Shown in pieces: positions 9,316 to 18,639 of a stretch of DNA of 64,000 nt. The notes below the pieces were generated by a model. That model had not been told where the DNA came from. It saw only the letters and a list, made by a program, of their open reading frames with translations, and searched no databases. Made by a program: the position numbers and the translations under genes. The stretch is from assembly GCA_049512315.1 (NCBI GenBank), contig JBEKXF010000010.1:62001-126000 (forward strand). The letters run 5' to 3'. Position 1 is the first letter of the stretch; each line of letters starts with the position of its first letter. This DNA is from Candidatus Aminicenantales bacterium. GTDB taxonomy: Bacteria; Acidobacteriota; Aminicenantia; Aminicenantales; Saccharicenantaceae.

Positions 9316-10296
9316 ATGAAAGAGCAGGCACGCAAAACACAGTTCACTTTGGACGCTCTCAAGATCGATTGCGAAGCCGAAAGCCGGCGCCTCGCCTCTT
9401 TTATCAGGAACGTTCTGAGCGACGTCCTGCATAAACGGGGAGTCGTGGTCGGTGTCTCCGGTGGCATCGACAGCAGTGTCACGGCAGCCCTATGCGTGCG
9501 GGCTATCGGAGCCGAGCGAGTCGTCGGCATCCTGATGCCGGAGCGGGATTCCAACCCCCGCACCCTGGAATGGAGCCAGTTGGTCGCCGATAGCCTGGGG
9601 ATCCGAACCTTCCATCGCGACATCACAACCACCCTGGCGGCGCTCGGTTTCTATCACGAGCATGCGGAGGTGGTCCGGAGTTTGGTCCCGGAATATGCGG
9701 AGGGCTGGAAGATGAAAATGGTCATCTCCGACCCGACCGCCAATACCGAGTTCGCGTTTTTTTCAATCGTGGCCCAATCGCCCGAAAAGGCCACGATCAA
9801 GAAAAGGCTCCCGGCGGAGGCCTTCCTCAAGATTGTCGCCCTTTCCAATTTCAAGCAACGGACGCGAAAAATGCTGGAGTATCACTACGCCGATAGACTC
9901 AATTACGCTGTGGGAGGAACGTCCAACCGGCCCGAGACCGATCAGGGTTTTTTTGTGAAGCTGGGAGACGGCTCGGGCGACTTCAAGCCGATTGCTCACA
10001 TGTATAAGACCCAGGTTTTTCAAATGGCGGAATATCTCGGCGTGCCCGAAGAGATCAGGAACCGCCCGCCTTCTGCCGACATCCACTCGCTGGCGCAGGG
10101 ACAGGACGAATTTTTCTTCGTCCTACCTTACGAGAAGATGGACGCCTGCGTCTTTGGTCAATTGAACGGAATTCCCGCAGAGGAAGTCGCGGCCGCCATC
10201 GGCTTGGATGCCGGCATGGTCACCCGGTTTTATCGCAGCATCGCCATCCGCCGGGCCCGGACGGAGTACCTGAGGGCCCAGCCGATTTATCCCTGA
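9316..10296 (+). CDS. nadE: NH3-dependent NAD+ synthetase-like protein (divergent copy)
   Basis: PP-loop SGGIDS, NFKQRTRK, FFVKLGDG, KPIAHMYKTQV; no glutaminase domain. Confidence 0.8.
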   Translation: MKEQARKTQFTLDALKIDCEAESRRLASFIRNVLSDVLHKRGVVVGVSGGIDSSVTAALCVRAIGAERVVGILMPERDSNPRTLEWSQLVADSLGIRTFHRDITTTLAALGFYHEHAEVVRSLVPEYAEGWKMKMVISDPTANTEFAFFSIVAQSPEKATIKKRLPAEAFLKIVALSNFKQRTRKMLEYHYADRLNYAVGGTSNRPETDQGFFVKLGDGSGDFKPIAHMYKTQVFQMAEYLGVPEEIRNRPPSADIHSLAQGQDEFFFVLPYEKMDACVFGQLNGIPAEEVAAAIGLDAGMVTRFYRSIAIRRARTEYLRAQPIYP

Positions 10297-10668
10297 GCCA
10301 TATGACGGTTCCCCTCCGATAAAGCTCTTTCGTTGTCCGCGAACAAAGGGGAAACGTGAAATTCTCCCCAAAAAATGGACAGGGGGATAAGGTGCATATT
10401 GGCCTGCCATAACTCTGATGGCCTTATTCCCCGTTCCGGGCTTAGCTATACGGCCCCTTCCGCCGAAAAACGTCACACGATACCCGTATGGGGAGCAGGG
10501 GGGATTGCGTGATGAGGGCCCTCTGGCGCGCGTTTTTTGCCCAAAGGAGGCAAATACCCACTCCTCCCTTGGTGCACACCCAATCCGCATACCCCCCCCA
10601 AGGCACTCGCAGATGTGCCGATCTGCTCTCGGATAGGCGATAGTTTTCAGAGCATATAAGCTCACTCC

Positions 10669-10695
10669 TTGACATCGCATGATTAGTGGCATAAT
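10669..10695 (+). promoter_or_regulatory. Possible promoter at the 5' edge of the Wzc relic
   Basis: TTGACA followed by TGgCATAAT (extended -10), but spacer only 15 nt. Confidence 0.35.
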
Positions 10696-11232
10696 AATTG
10701 GCATATACAAAGCAGTGCGGGCGCCACCACCATCGCTGCCGGTCTGGCGGGTGCGCTTTCGGAGACAGGCGGTGGCAAGGTGCTGCTGGTGGATTCAACC
10801 GGGAAGCAGGGGGCGGCGCATCACTTCTCCTAGCGCAAGCCCGTGTGTTCTCTGTTCGATATTCTGCGCGAGAAGAAATGCGAATCCCCGGCGCCCCAGC
10901 AACGGTTCCAGGTTGTGTCGGTGCGCGATTTGAATGGGAGCTTGTATCCGGCTCGAACCAAGCCGTTCGATACGCTAATACCCAAGCTGAAGGCCAGCGA
11001 TTATGATTTTGTCGTTTTCGATCTGCCGCCCTTGCAGCCCACCAGCATCACGTTTCGCCTGGCCGGTTATCTGGACCAACTGCTGCTCGTGGCCGAGGCG
11101 GAACGAACCCATTGTGACGCCCTGAAGCATGTGGTTTCCACGCTCCAGGACTTCAATACCAACGCGAAGTTCGCCATCGTGTTGAACAAGAGCGGTCAGT
11201 ATCTGCAGACCTGCATAAAAGCATCGGCCTAG
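10687..11232 (+). pseudogene. Relic of a Wzc/CapB-type BY-kinase C-terminal domain; 5'-truncated, with in-frame TAG
   Basis: One frame reads SSAGATTIAAGLAGALSETGGGKVLLVD...HHFS*RKPVCSLFD...YDFVVFDLPP...LDQLLLVAEAERT...VLNK; TAG at 10831-10833; no start codon for the N-terminal part. Confidence 0.75.
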
Positions 11233-11255
11233 GGAAACGCCGGAGGGGAAAGGAT

Positions 11256-11924
11256 ATGAATGTTTTGAGATGGGCCTGGAAGACCACCCGGGAAAAAGAC
11301 ATTGTTCAAACCGTAAAGATTGCGAGCAACTTCGTGCTGGACCTTTTCTTCGATTGGAGGTACGGCACGGACACCATGCGCAGGCTACATCGCGATACCC
11401 TGGATGCGCGATCCGAGAATCAGTCGCATTCCTCTTCGTACGGGGCGACCAAGGTGGGTCCCTTCCTGCGTTTGTTGACCCAACTCGACCTGCCGAGGGA
11501 CAGCAACTTCGTGGATATCGGAGCAGGTAAGGGCCGGGTGCTGTTGATGGCCGCACAATACGGATTTCGCAAAGTCATCGGCATCGAATTTGCCGGGCGA
11601 CTCTGCGCGATTGCCCGCAACAACGTGGAACTTTTTCGCCGGAAGCACAAGTTGCTGTCGCCGATCGAAGTGATTGAAGCGAACGCGATCGAATATTCGT
11701 TTCACGCCGAAGATCGAGTGTTCTTCATGTATAATCCCTTTGACTCCTTTATTCTCGCCCAAGTCCTGGACAATTTGCGGCGCTCGCTGGAAGAAAAACC
11801 GCGACCCATCTGGCTCATCTACAATACGCCCAAGTACGACGACGTGGTCAAAGCCTCCCGTCTTTTCAAGTCAGATTCTTTCTTTGAGATCGGGGGGAAC
11901 CAGTTCCGGGTCTATATGAACTGA
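11256..11924 (+). CDS. Class I SAM-dependent methyltransferase
   Basis: FVDIGAGKGR, VIGIEF, FFMYNPF. Confidence 0.88.
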   Translation: MNVLRWAWKTTREKDIVQTVKIASNFVLDLFFDWRYGTDTMRRLHRDTLDARSENQSHSSSYGATKVGPFLRLLTQLDLPRDSNFVDIGAGKGRVLLMAAQYGFRKVIGIEFAGRLCAIARNNVELFRRKHKLLSPIEVIEANAIEYSFHAEDRVFFMYNPFDSFILAQVLDNLRRSLEEKPRPIWLIYNTPKYDDVVKASRLFKSDSFFEIGGNQFRVYMN

Positions 11925-12019
11925 GAAAAGAATTCTATTCGCGCGAACCCAGGCTTTTGTTCCCGCGTGTCCAAGCTCTCTTTCCGTAGTGGTCTTCCCC
12001 CGAAAAAACGGACACGCTG

Positions 12020-12252
12020 TTAAGCCTGCATCGCCTCACGATAATACTCCAACGGAGTTTTGTGATTCAAGGACGAATGCCTTCTCTGCACTTCTGAACT
12101 GGCATATTGCCCCCTCGATCCGAATGGAAGATCAATCCGGCTTGGGGCGTCCGAGTGCGAAGCCCTTTCTGCAAGGATTCAACTCCCAGGACCTGGCACA
12201 TCTTCATCACCTCAAACCCGGAGCTGATTCTCTCCATGAAGCGATATTTCAT
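12020..12252 (-). pseudogene. IS3 orfB integrase remnant with two internal deletions and a frameshift
   Basis: Only the N-terminus MKYRFM...VLGV, the LIFHSDRG / QYAS segment and the C-terminus RRHSSLNHKTPLEY remain. Confidence 0.8.
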
Positions 12253-12533
12253 CTGGGGTGTTTGGAGAAGATAGCCAACACTTTTTTTAGGATCTCCCGC
12301 TCCTGCTCGAGATCCAAGCCCTTTTTCTTCAACCTCATCAGCTCTTCCTCATGGGGCTTCATATGCCCCTTCCCGGGAAAAGAGCTCTCCTGATCTGCTA
12401 AATAATCGTTCTTCCAGCGATGCAGCACATTTTCGTGGAGCCCCAGTTCTCGGCAAACGTCCCGGATCCCCCGGCCCCCTTCTAAGACGAGCCTCACCGC
12501 GTCCCTTTTGAACTCCGTGTCGAAGACCCGCAA
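12249..12533 (-). CDS. IS3-family transposase OrfA (HTH plus leucine zipper)
   Basis: FDTEFKRDAVRLV...ELGLHENVLHRW...LEQEREILKK; stop overlaps the orfB ATG. Confidence 0.85.
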   Translation of the reverse strand: MRVFDTEFKRDAVRLVLEGGRGIRDVCRELGLHENVLHRWKNDYLADQESSFPGKGHMKPHEEELMRLKKKGLDLEQEREILKKVLAIFSKHPR

Positions 12534-12551
12534 CCACCGCCCCGGGAGGCC

Positions 12552-13403
12552 CTAGAGGTCGATGCCGCTCAGCCCGGAACTCAAAGCCCAGAGTTTATCT
12601 TGGAGCGCTCTATCATGCGACATATCGGAAGACTTCTTTTCTTTCATGTCCTTAAAAAATGTTCCGCTAATTCCCTCGACATCGTCGGACGACGCCAGAT
12701 AAACGATCGTTTCCGCCCCCTCCGCGGGAGTCAGGAGCTGCCTTTTCATGAGATAATACAGTCTATGCTTCAGCCAATACGCCAACCCGTTATTACGCGC
12801 GAAATTTGTGGCCACCCCGCCGGGATCGACCGCGTTTACAGTGATTTTTGTGTTCTTCAACATCCCCGCGAGCGTATATGTAAACTGGACATTGGCCAGC
12901 TTCGAGTTTGAATATTGCTTTCTGCCGTCATAGTCCTTCGCGGACAAGACGTTTTCGATGACCCCGGTAGCCGCCTCATGTGCTCCCGATGAAACGTTGA
13001 TGATCCTCGCTCGCTCAGATCTTTTAAGCGTATCGATCAAGGAAAGCGTGAGCACGAAGTGGCCCAGATGGTTCGTGGCCAGGGTCATTTCTATCCCCTC
13101 TTCGGTCAACTCGTGCTGGAGAAACCTCGCCCCGGCGTTATTGATCAGGACATCTATCCGAGGGTGGTCTTTTTTTATCCTGGCAGCTAAGCCGCGTGCA
13201 TCCCGGAGCACGGAGAGATCGCAAACATCGTAGCCCACATTCCCATTTCGCGATTTTTGCTTGACCTCTTCACAGACCCGTGCCGCTTTCGTCCCATTCC
13301 TTCCCACGAGGATGAGGCGATAATTCTTCTTTGCCAGGCCCAGCGCGGCCGCTTTGCCGATTCCGGATGTCGCACCGGTTATGAGGCATATATTCTGGTT
13401 CAT
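12552..13403 (-). CDS. Short-chain dehydrogenase/reductase (retinol-DH/WWOX-like)
   Basis: TGATSGIG, NNAG, NHLGHF, YSNSK. Confidence 0.9.
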   Translation of the reverse strand: MNQNICLITGATSGIGKAAALGLAKKNYRLILVGRNGTKAARVCEEVKQKSRNGNVGYDVCDLSVLRDARGLAARIKKDHPRIDVLINNAGARFLQHELTEEGIEMTLATNHLGHFVLTLSLIDTLKRSERARIINVSSGAHEAATGVIENVLSAKDYDGRKQYSNSKLANVQFTYTLAGMLKNTKITVNAVDPGGVATNFARNNGLAYWLKHRLYYLMKRQLLTPAEGAETIVYLASSDDVEGISGTFFKDMKEKKSSDMSHDRALQDKLWALSSGLSGIDL

Positions 13404-13439
13404 GCGAGGTCCTCGCCAATAATCTTCCCGTCGCTGTGT

Positions 13440-14462
13440 TCAGTCCAGGTGCTTTTTTATCCTCGTTTCAAGCTCAATTTCCGGGACCGTCGTCACTAAT
13501 ACCGGAGGCAGATGCAGGTACTGCGTCGCCGCTCGTTTTCTATCAATATCCTGATAGATGGTGCTGACCCGGCCGGGAGGCAGGCCCGTATGGCGGCTGA
13601 TGACCTCCGCGCCGAGGCCATGGTTCTTGCCGTACAGGCAGAGGTCCATGACCTCGGTGGGAGCGGAAAAGAAGAACTCGTCCTGACCCTGGGGAAGCGA
13701 ATACGTATCGGTCGTCGGCGGCCGGCTGATGATGGCTTCCGGCAAGCCAAGATAGCGTGCCATCTGATAAACCTGCGTCTTGTACAGATGAGCGATGGGT
13801 TTGATATCGGCTGCGCCGTCGCCCTGTTTGACAAAAAATCCCTGGTCATATTCGAGCCGGTTGGGAGTGCCCGCGACCGCGTAGTTGTGCAAATCGGCAT
13901 GGTAATACTCGAGCATCTTTCTCGTGCGCTGCTTGAAATTCGTCGAGGCCACGATCGCCAGATATGAATTCAGCGCCAGCCGCTTTTTGATCACCCGGCC
14001 GTCCGGCGAGACGGCGACGACCGAAAACAGCGTATAGGCCTTGTCTTCGGCGATTTCGGACACGACGATTTTTGACTTCCATTCCCGGCCATAGCCGGGA
14101 ATGGCCGACCGGACGGCATCGTCATACTTGTCATAAAAACCGACGGCCTCGAGGATGCGAGTGATATCGATAGGGACCTTTCGAATCTCCAAATGGTCCG
14201 CGATGAGCGAGCTGAGGTCCATCGTGTCCTCCGCCGAATGCCGCTCGGGCATCTGGAGGCCGATGACTCTGTCCTTGCCCACGGCTTGAACGCACAAAGC
14301 GGCGGTCACGCTGCTGTCAATGCCGCCGGAGATGCCGACGATCAGACCCCGCCTGTGCAGTTTTTTTCCAAGCGCATCCCTGATCGCCTGGGATATCGTG
14401 GTCAGCTCGCTCGCGCAATCGATATTGAGAAGCTCGGGTGAAAAGGAGGCCTTGTCATTCAT
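13440..14462 (-). CDS. nadE: NH3-dependent NAD+ synthetase-like protein (second copy)
   Basis: SGGIDS, NFKQRTRK, GTPNRLE, GDGAAD, PPTTDTYSL. Confidence 0.85.
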   Translation of the reverse strand: MNDKASFSPELLNIDCASELTTISQAIRDALGKKLHRRGLIVGISGGIDSSVTAALCVQAVGKDRVIGLQMPERHSAEDTMDLSSLIADHLEIRKVPIDITRILEAVGFYDKYDDAVRSAIPGYGREWKSKIVVSEIAEDKAYTLFSVVAVSPDGRVIKKRLALNSYLAIVASTNFKQRTRKMLEYYHADLHNYAVAGTPNRLEYDQGFFVKQGDGAADIKPIAHLYKTQVYQMARYLGLPEAIISRPPTTDTYSLPQGQDEFFFSAPTEVMDLCLYGKNHGLGAEVISRHTGLPPGRVSTIYQDIDRKRAATQYLHLPPVLVTTVPEIELETRIKKHLD

Positions 14463-14492
14463 GTGACCCTCGTTGAGACAATGGGTGCTCCG

Positions 14493-16472
14493 TCAGCGGG
14501 CTCTTTTGTCAATGTGAATGTCCCACTTCATGTCCGCCGCCTCGGAGCCCGCCTGTCTCTCGATGTATTGCCCAAACAATAATTGCGTCGAAATGATCCC
14601 AGCGAGGGCCATCCCCTCTGTCTCACTAGTGCTCGCTCCGGAATCCAACTTTTTAAAAAGCTTTGTGACTTTTTCCGGGTCGAAGATCCCGGCCTCCTTA
14701 ATTTTCCCCTCCAAGAGCATGCCCTGATAACCGTCGGATTGGAGCCGGCCGATAAACGCTTTCTGAATCGGCGCGCGATAAGGGTGCTTGGTCCTTTTCG
14801 TGATGGACGGCGGCAGCACGGAACTCAGCGTCCTTTTCAGGATATGCTTCTCATCGAGGCCGAGGATTTTCCATCTCGGGGAAACCCGCGACATGAAATC
14901 AATGATCCGGAAATCCAAGTAGGGCGGGCGGATTTCCACGGAATGGGCCATGGCCATCCGGTCCCCCTGGGACGTCAGCAGATAGTTGCTCAAGAACAGC
15001 TTGTCTTCCAGGTACTGGGCCTTGGCAAGCGTGTCCCGGCGCTCGAAATCGGCGGGGAGCGTGCGGGTGAGTTCGTCGGTCGCCGAATAGCCGCTGACCT
15101 CCAGCTGCATGTTTTTTGAGAACAACTGCTTGATGCGGGCCGTGTTGTTCCAGCGGACAAGGTGAGAGAAAAGCGGGTCCCGGATCCCGGCAGAGTCATG
15201 AAGCATGAACTGCCGGTATGACTTTTTTTCCCGGGCCGTTTTGAATATCTGAGGATACAGGTGTTCGAAGAGCAGCGCGCGGAATTTTGAATCAGGCCGC
15301 CGCAGGACGAATTGCCGGACCAGGGCCTCGCGGAAGATGTCGTAGCCCCCGAACACCTCGTCCGCCCCCTCTCCGGTGCAGACGACCTTGATCCCCTGCT
15401 CATGGACGAATCGCGAGAGAAGATACATGGGTACGGGCGCGGTCCTCAGGACAGGCGTCTCACAGTGCCAAACAATGCAGGGAAATGTTTCGGCGATGAG
15501 CGCATTCCGGGCGTTCAATTCGTGATGCTCGACCTGGAGATAGGCGGCCATCTCGTTTTGATAGCCGCCCTCATCGAATTCCTGCGCCTCGAAACGGACC
15601 CCGAAGGTGCGCACATGCTTGTTGAAATGCTGCGAGATCAGGGCCGTGATGCCCGAGGAATCCAACCCCCCGCTGAGATAGGACCCGACCGGCACGTCGG
15701 CGCGAAGGCGGATTCTCGTCGCGTCCATGAGCAGGGTCATGATCTGCTCGCTAATTTCCCGGGGAGCGTCTTGCGTATAAGAACCGGGCGGCTGATAGGG
15801 AATATCCCAGTATTTGCGCAGGTGCTGTCCATGCGCGTTGATGGTGAGAGCATGCCCGGGCTTGAGTTCCTGAATGTTATTGAATACGGTCACGCCCGGC
15901 AGGGTTGTCCAAAAGGTAAACACCTGATCCAGGGCCCGCGGGTTCAGGGAAGGTGCGGGAAGCAGCCTGGAAGCGATCAGGGATTTGATTTCCGAGGCGA
16001 AGAGGAACCGGCCGTCATGCTCCGCGTAGTATAAGGGGCAAATCCCGAAATGGTCCCTGGCGAGAAAGAGGGCCTTTTTGTTAGCGTCCCAGATGCCAAA
16101 GGCAAATTGCCCGTTCAGCTCGTCGACACAATCCGCGCCCTTTTCCTCATAAAGATGAACGATGACTTCGGTGTCGGTATTCGTGTGGAACCGGTGCCCT
16201 TTCATTTCGAGCCACGTCCTCAGCTCCGGATAGTTATAGATTTCCCCATTCAGGACGATCCAGACCGTCTCGTCTTCGTTGTGGATCGGCTGGCCGCCGG
16301 TCGCGAGGTCGATGATGCTCAGCCGGGAGTGCCCAAGCCCGACATGCCCGTCGAGATAAATCCCTTTTTGATCAGGACCCCTATGCCCGATCGCGCGGAC
16401 CATGGACGAGAGGCTCGTGTCCGATATCCGGCCTTCGTCCCGAGTGTCGAATATCCCGGCTATACCGCACAT
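14493..16472 (-). CDS. asnB: Asparagine synthase (glutamine-hydrolysing)-type amidotransferase
   Basis: N-terminal MCGIAG Ntn cysteine, RLSIID, NGEIYN, LSGGLDS, TGEGADE. Confidence 0.93.
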   Translation of the reverse strand: MCGIAGIFDTRDEGRISDTSLSSMVRAIGHRGPDQKGIYLDGHVGLGHSRLSIIDLATGGQPIHNEDETVWIVLNGEIYNYPELRTWLEMKGHRFHTNTDTEVIVHLYEEKGADCVDELNGQFAFGIWDANKKALFLARDHFGICPLYYAEHDGRFLFASEIKSLIASRLLPAPSLNPRALDQVFTFWTTLPGVTVFNNIQELKPGHALTINAHGQHLRKYWDIPYQPPGSYTQDAPREISEQIMTLLMDATRIRLRADVPVGSYLSGGLDSSGITALISQHFNKHVRTFGVRFEAQEFDEGGYQNEMAAYLQVEHHELNARNALIAETFPCIVWHCETPVLRTAPVPMYLLSRFVHEQGIKVVCTGEGADEVFGGYDIFREALVRQFVLRRPDSKFRALLFEHLYPQIFKTAREKKSYRQFMLHDSAGIRDPLFSHLVRWNNTARIKQLFSKNMQLEVSGYSATDELTRTLPADFERRDTLAKAQYLEDKLFLSNYLLTSQGDRMAMAHSVEIRPPYLDFRIIDFMSRVSPRWKILGLDEKHILKRTLSSVLPPSITKRTKHPYRAPIQKAFIGRLQSDGYQGMLLEGKIKEAGIFDPEKVTKLFKKLDSGASTSETEGMALAGIISTQLLFGQYIERQAGSEAADMKWDIHIDKRAR

Positions 16473-16479
16473 GGAGCTT

Positions 16480-16725
16480 TCAAGCGGTCTTTTTGCTCAA
16501 GTACGCGCAGATGTTGGCGATCGTGTCGAGGTTTTCGGGCACCAACTCGTCATCGTTCACTTTGATCATGTAATGCTCTTCGAGATAATTGATGAGTTCG
16601 AGGATGCCCGTCGAGTCGATGATCCCCGCTTCGAGCAGGGAATCCTCGTCCCCCAGCTGCCTGTCGTCCCCGAAGAGGAACCTATCGGCGATAAATTGAC
16701 GGATTTCGATTTCAAGACCGGCCAT
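16480..16725 (-). CDS. Acyl/aminoacyl carrier protein (DST-type), paralog of 7451-7699
   Basis: IIDSTGILE, ELVPENLD. Confidence 0.92.
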   Translation of the reverse strand: MAGLEIEIRQFIADRFLFGDDRQLGDEDSLLEAGIIDSTGILELINYLEEHYMIKVNDDELVPENLDTIANICAYLSKKTA

Positions 16726-16756
16726 GTTCCTTGTCCTAGAGGTCCATTATAACTGA

Positions 16757-18334
16757 TTATCCCTGTTTAGGTTCGCTCTCAAGAAAGATTTGGACACTCT
16801 TGGCCCGGTCGGGCTTTCCACTGCTCGTTTTGGGGATGGAGTCGACGAGCCGCAGTTCTTCCGGAACCTCGAACTTGGGCAATTTCGCGGCGCAATACGC
16901 GAGGATATTTTTCTCCGTATCCGGGATCGGCCTTATCGGGACGACCAGTCCGGCCAAGCGCCGGCCCTCCAGGGGATCCGCGATCCCGAAAACGATGCAT
17001 TCGGCGGCCTCGCCGGATTCGACGATCTTGTCCTCGATCTCCTGGGAGTTGACACGGCGTCCGCCGACTTTGATCTGATCATCCTTCCTGCCGGTCACGA
17101 AAAGAAATCCTTCGTCATCACAATATCCCAAATCGCCGGTATGATACCCGTGTTGGTCAAGGACCTTTTTTGTCGCCTCTTCGTTTTTGTAGTACCCGAG
17201 CATGATATTGTCGCCCCGGGCAACGAGCTCGCCCGGTTCGCCGGGCCCTAACTGTTTGCCCTCGGGGGACATGACGCTCATCGTGACGCCAGGGATAGGG
17301 ATGCCGATCGAATCGATCTTGGAGTCCAAGCGCTCGGGGGGGACATAGGTCAGGCGGGCCGAGGCCTCCGTCGCCCCGTACATGATGACGAGCCGGGTAT
17401 GGCTGGGCAATATCTTCAAGAGCTCGAGCTTGACGCGACGCGGCATGTGCCCGCCCGCCTGCGAGCAGTAGCGGAGCGCGGGGAGCTTGTCGCGGTACTG
17501 GGCCAGCGGCGATTTGAACAGCAGATGGGCATAGGTCGAGGGAACGCCGGAAAAGCCGGTGACGTCCTCCTCGGCCATCTGTTTCAGAACCGAGGCCGTA
17601 TAGGCGAATTTATTGTTGATGACCACGGTCCCGCCGACGGCGAAATGAGTGTTGAGGAGGGACTTGCCCATGACGTAAAAGAAAGGCAGGACGACCATCT
17701 GGACATCGCTCGAGGTGAGCTCGAGGTACTCAATGACGGCCCGCGTGTTGGCTGCGATATTGGCGTGAGAGAGCATGGCCCCTTTCGGCTTTCCTGCCGA
17801 CCCGGAAGTATAAATGATCGCCGCGCACGAATTCGGGTCGATAGCCAGGCCGGGATTTGCGTCGCGTTGGGCGACCGCCTCTTCGGGGAGCGATAAGACG
17901 GCATCTCCCGGACTCTGCCCGGCCCGGCGCGGACCAATGACCATAAGCCGGGCAGCCTGCAACACCGACGCGTCGAGCGCTCTGACGGTCTTTTCGAGCT
18001 TCGACGATACGACCAGGGCCTTTGGCTCCAGTTCCTTGACGAGCTCCGCCAGGCCTTCGGGTTTGATGTCCGTGTTGAGAGAGGCGACGATGCCCCCGGC
18101 TTTGAGGATGCCGTAGTAACAAAACACGTATTCAATACTGTTTTCGCACAGAAGGACGACCCGGTCCCCGGGTCTAACACCCGCCTTGATGAGGTTGTGA
18201 GCCAGCTGATTGGCCCTCTTATTGACTTCGGAATATGAGGCGCGGCCCCGCTCGTGGACGACGGCAACCTTGGTAGGAAACAACCCGGCGTTCTTCTCGA
18301 GAAAATGGTGGACAAGACAACTCGTCGTTTTCAT
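16757..18334 (-). CDS. ANL-superfamily AMP-dependent ligase (second copy)
   Basis: YTSGSAGKPKG, YGATE, HTGD, GRKDD, PKTSSGKPD; ATG 18334 lies downstream of the predicted promoter. Confidence 0.92.
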   Translation of the reverse strand: MKTTSCLVHHFLEKNAGLFPTKVAVVHERGRASYSEVNKRANQLAHNLIKAGVRPGDRVVLLCENSIEYVFCYYGILKAGGIVASLNTDIKPEGLAELVKELEPKALVVSSKLEKTVRALDASVLQAARLMVIGPRRAGQSPGDAVLSLPEEAVAQRDANPGLAIDPNSCAAIIYTSGSAGKPKGAMLSHANIAANTRAVIEYLELTSSDVQMVVLPFFYVMGKSLLNTHFAVGGTVVINNKFAYTASVLKQMAEEDVTGFSGVPSTYAHLLFKSPLAQYRDKLPALRYCSQAGGHMPRRVKLELLKILPSHTRLVIMYGATEASARLTYVPPERLDSKIDSIGIPIPGVTMSVMSPEGKQLGPGEPGELVARGDNIMLGYYKNEEATKKVLDQHGYHTGDLGYCDDEGFLFVTGRKDDQIKVGGRRVNSQEIEDKIVESGEAAECIVFGIADPLEGRRLAGLVVPIRPIPDTEKNILAYCAAKLPKFEVPEELRLVDSIPKTSSGKPDRAKSVQIFLESEPKQG

Positions 18335-18383
18335 GTTCGGCACGGGCTCATCGATTCTCAAAAAACGAGCTCTCAGGGGCCTT

Positions 18384-18412
18384 ATGATAAAACCAACGCC
18401 TTTCTTTGGCAA
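18384..18412 (-). promoter_or_regulatory. Putative sigma70 promoter of cassette B
   Basis: Minus strand TTGCCA-N17-TATCAT. Confidence 0.55.
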
Positions 18413-18639
18413 GCCCTTGTTGACGGGAGTGGAAGGGACAAGCAAGTTCTTCCGTATACATGGGTTCCGGCATCAGGAGTGCCCCCCACATGAGCTAGGA
18501 TCTCCCTCAATCGCATTGTTCCCCGTTCTGAAGAAATGTGTTACGATACTGTCGAGAGCGTCATGTAGGAAAATACAAGGATAGGCCACAGTCGACGGCC
18601 AAGGGAGCCTCATCTCACCTATCAAGGATTAAGGGACTC

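Larger units (their letters stand above)
11990..12533 (-). mobile_element. Decayed IS3-family insertion sequence (one terminal IR left)
   Basis: IR-like TGGTCTTCCCCCGAAAAAACGGACAC at 11990; orfA, A7G slippery run at 12281-12288, fragmentary orfB. Confidence 0.85.

Noticed and set aside
10297..10668. Intergenic stretch with G and C runs as a riboswitch or ncRNA
   Set aside because: No recognisable aptamer consensus or convincing long stem seen by eye
10831..10833. TAG read-through (pyrrolysine or recoding) in the Wzc-like frame
   Set aside because: The frame has no start codon and another TAG at 10684; many intact genes here end in TAG; decay is the simpler explanation
6946..18334. Calling the cassettes an NRPS/PKS cluster
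   Set aside because: No condensation, elongating ketosynthase or thioesterase domains; stand-alone ligases and ACPs within a glycan locus
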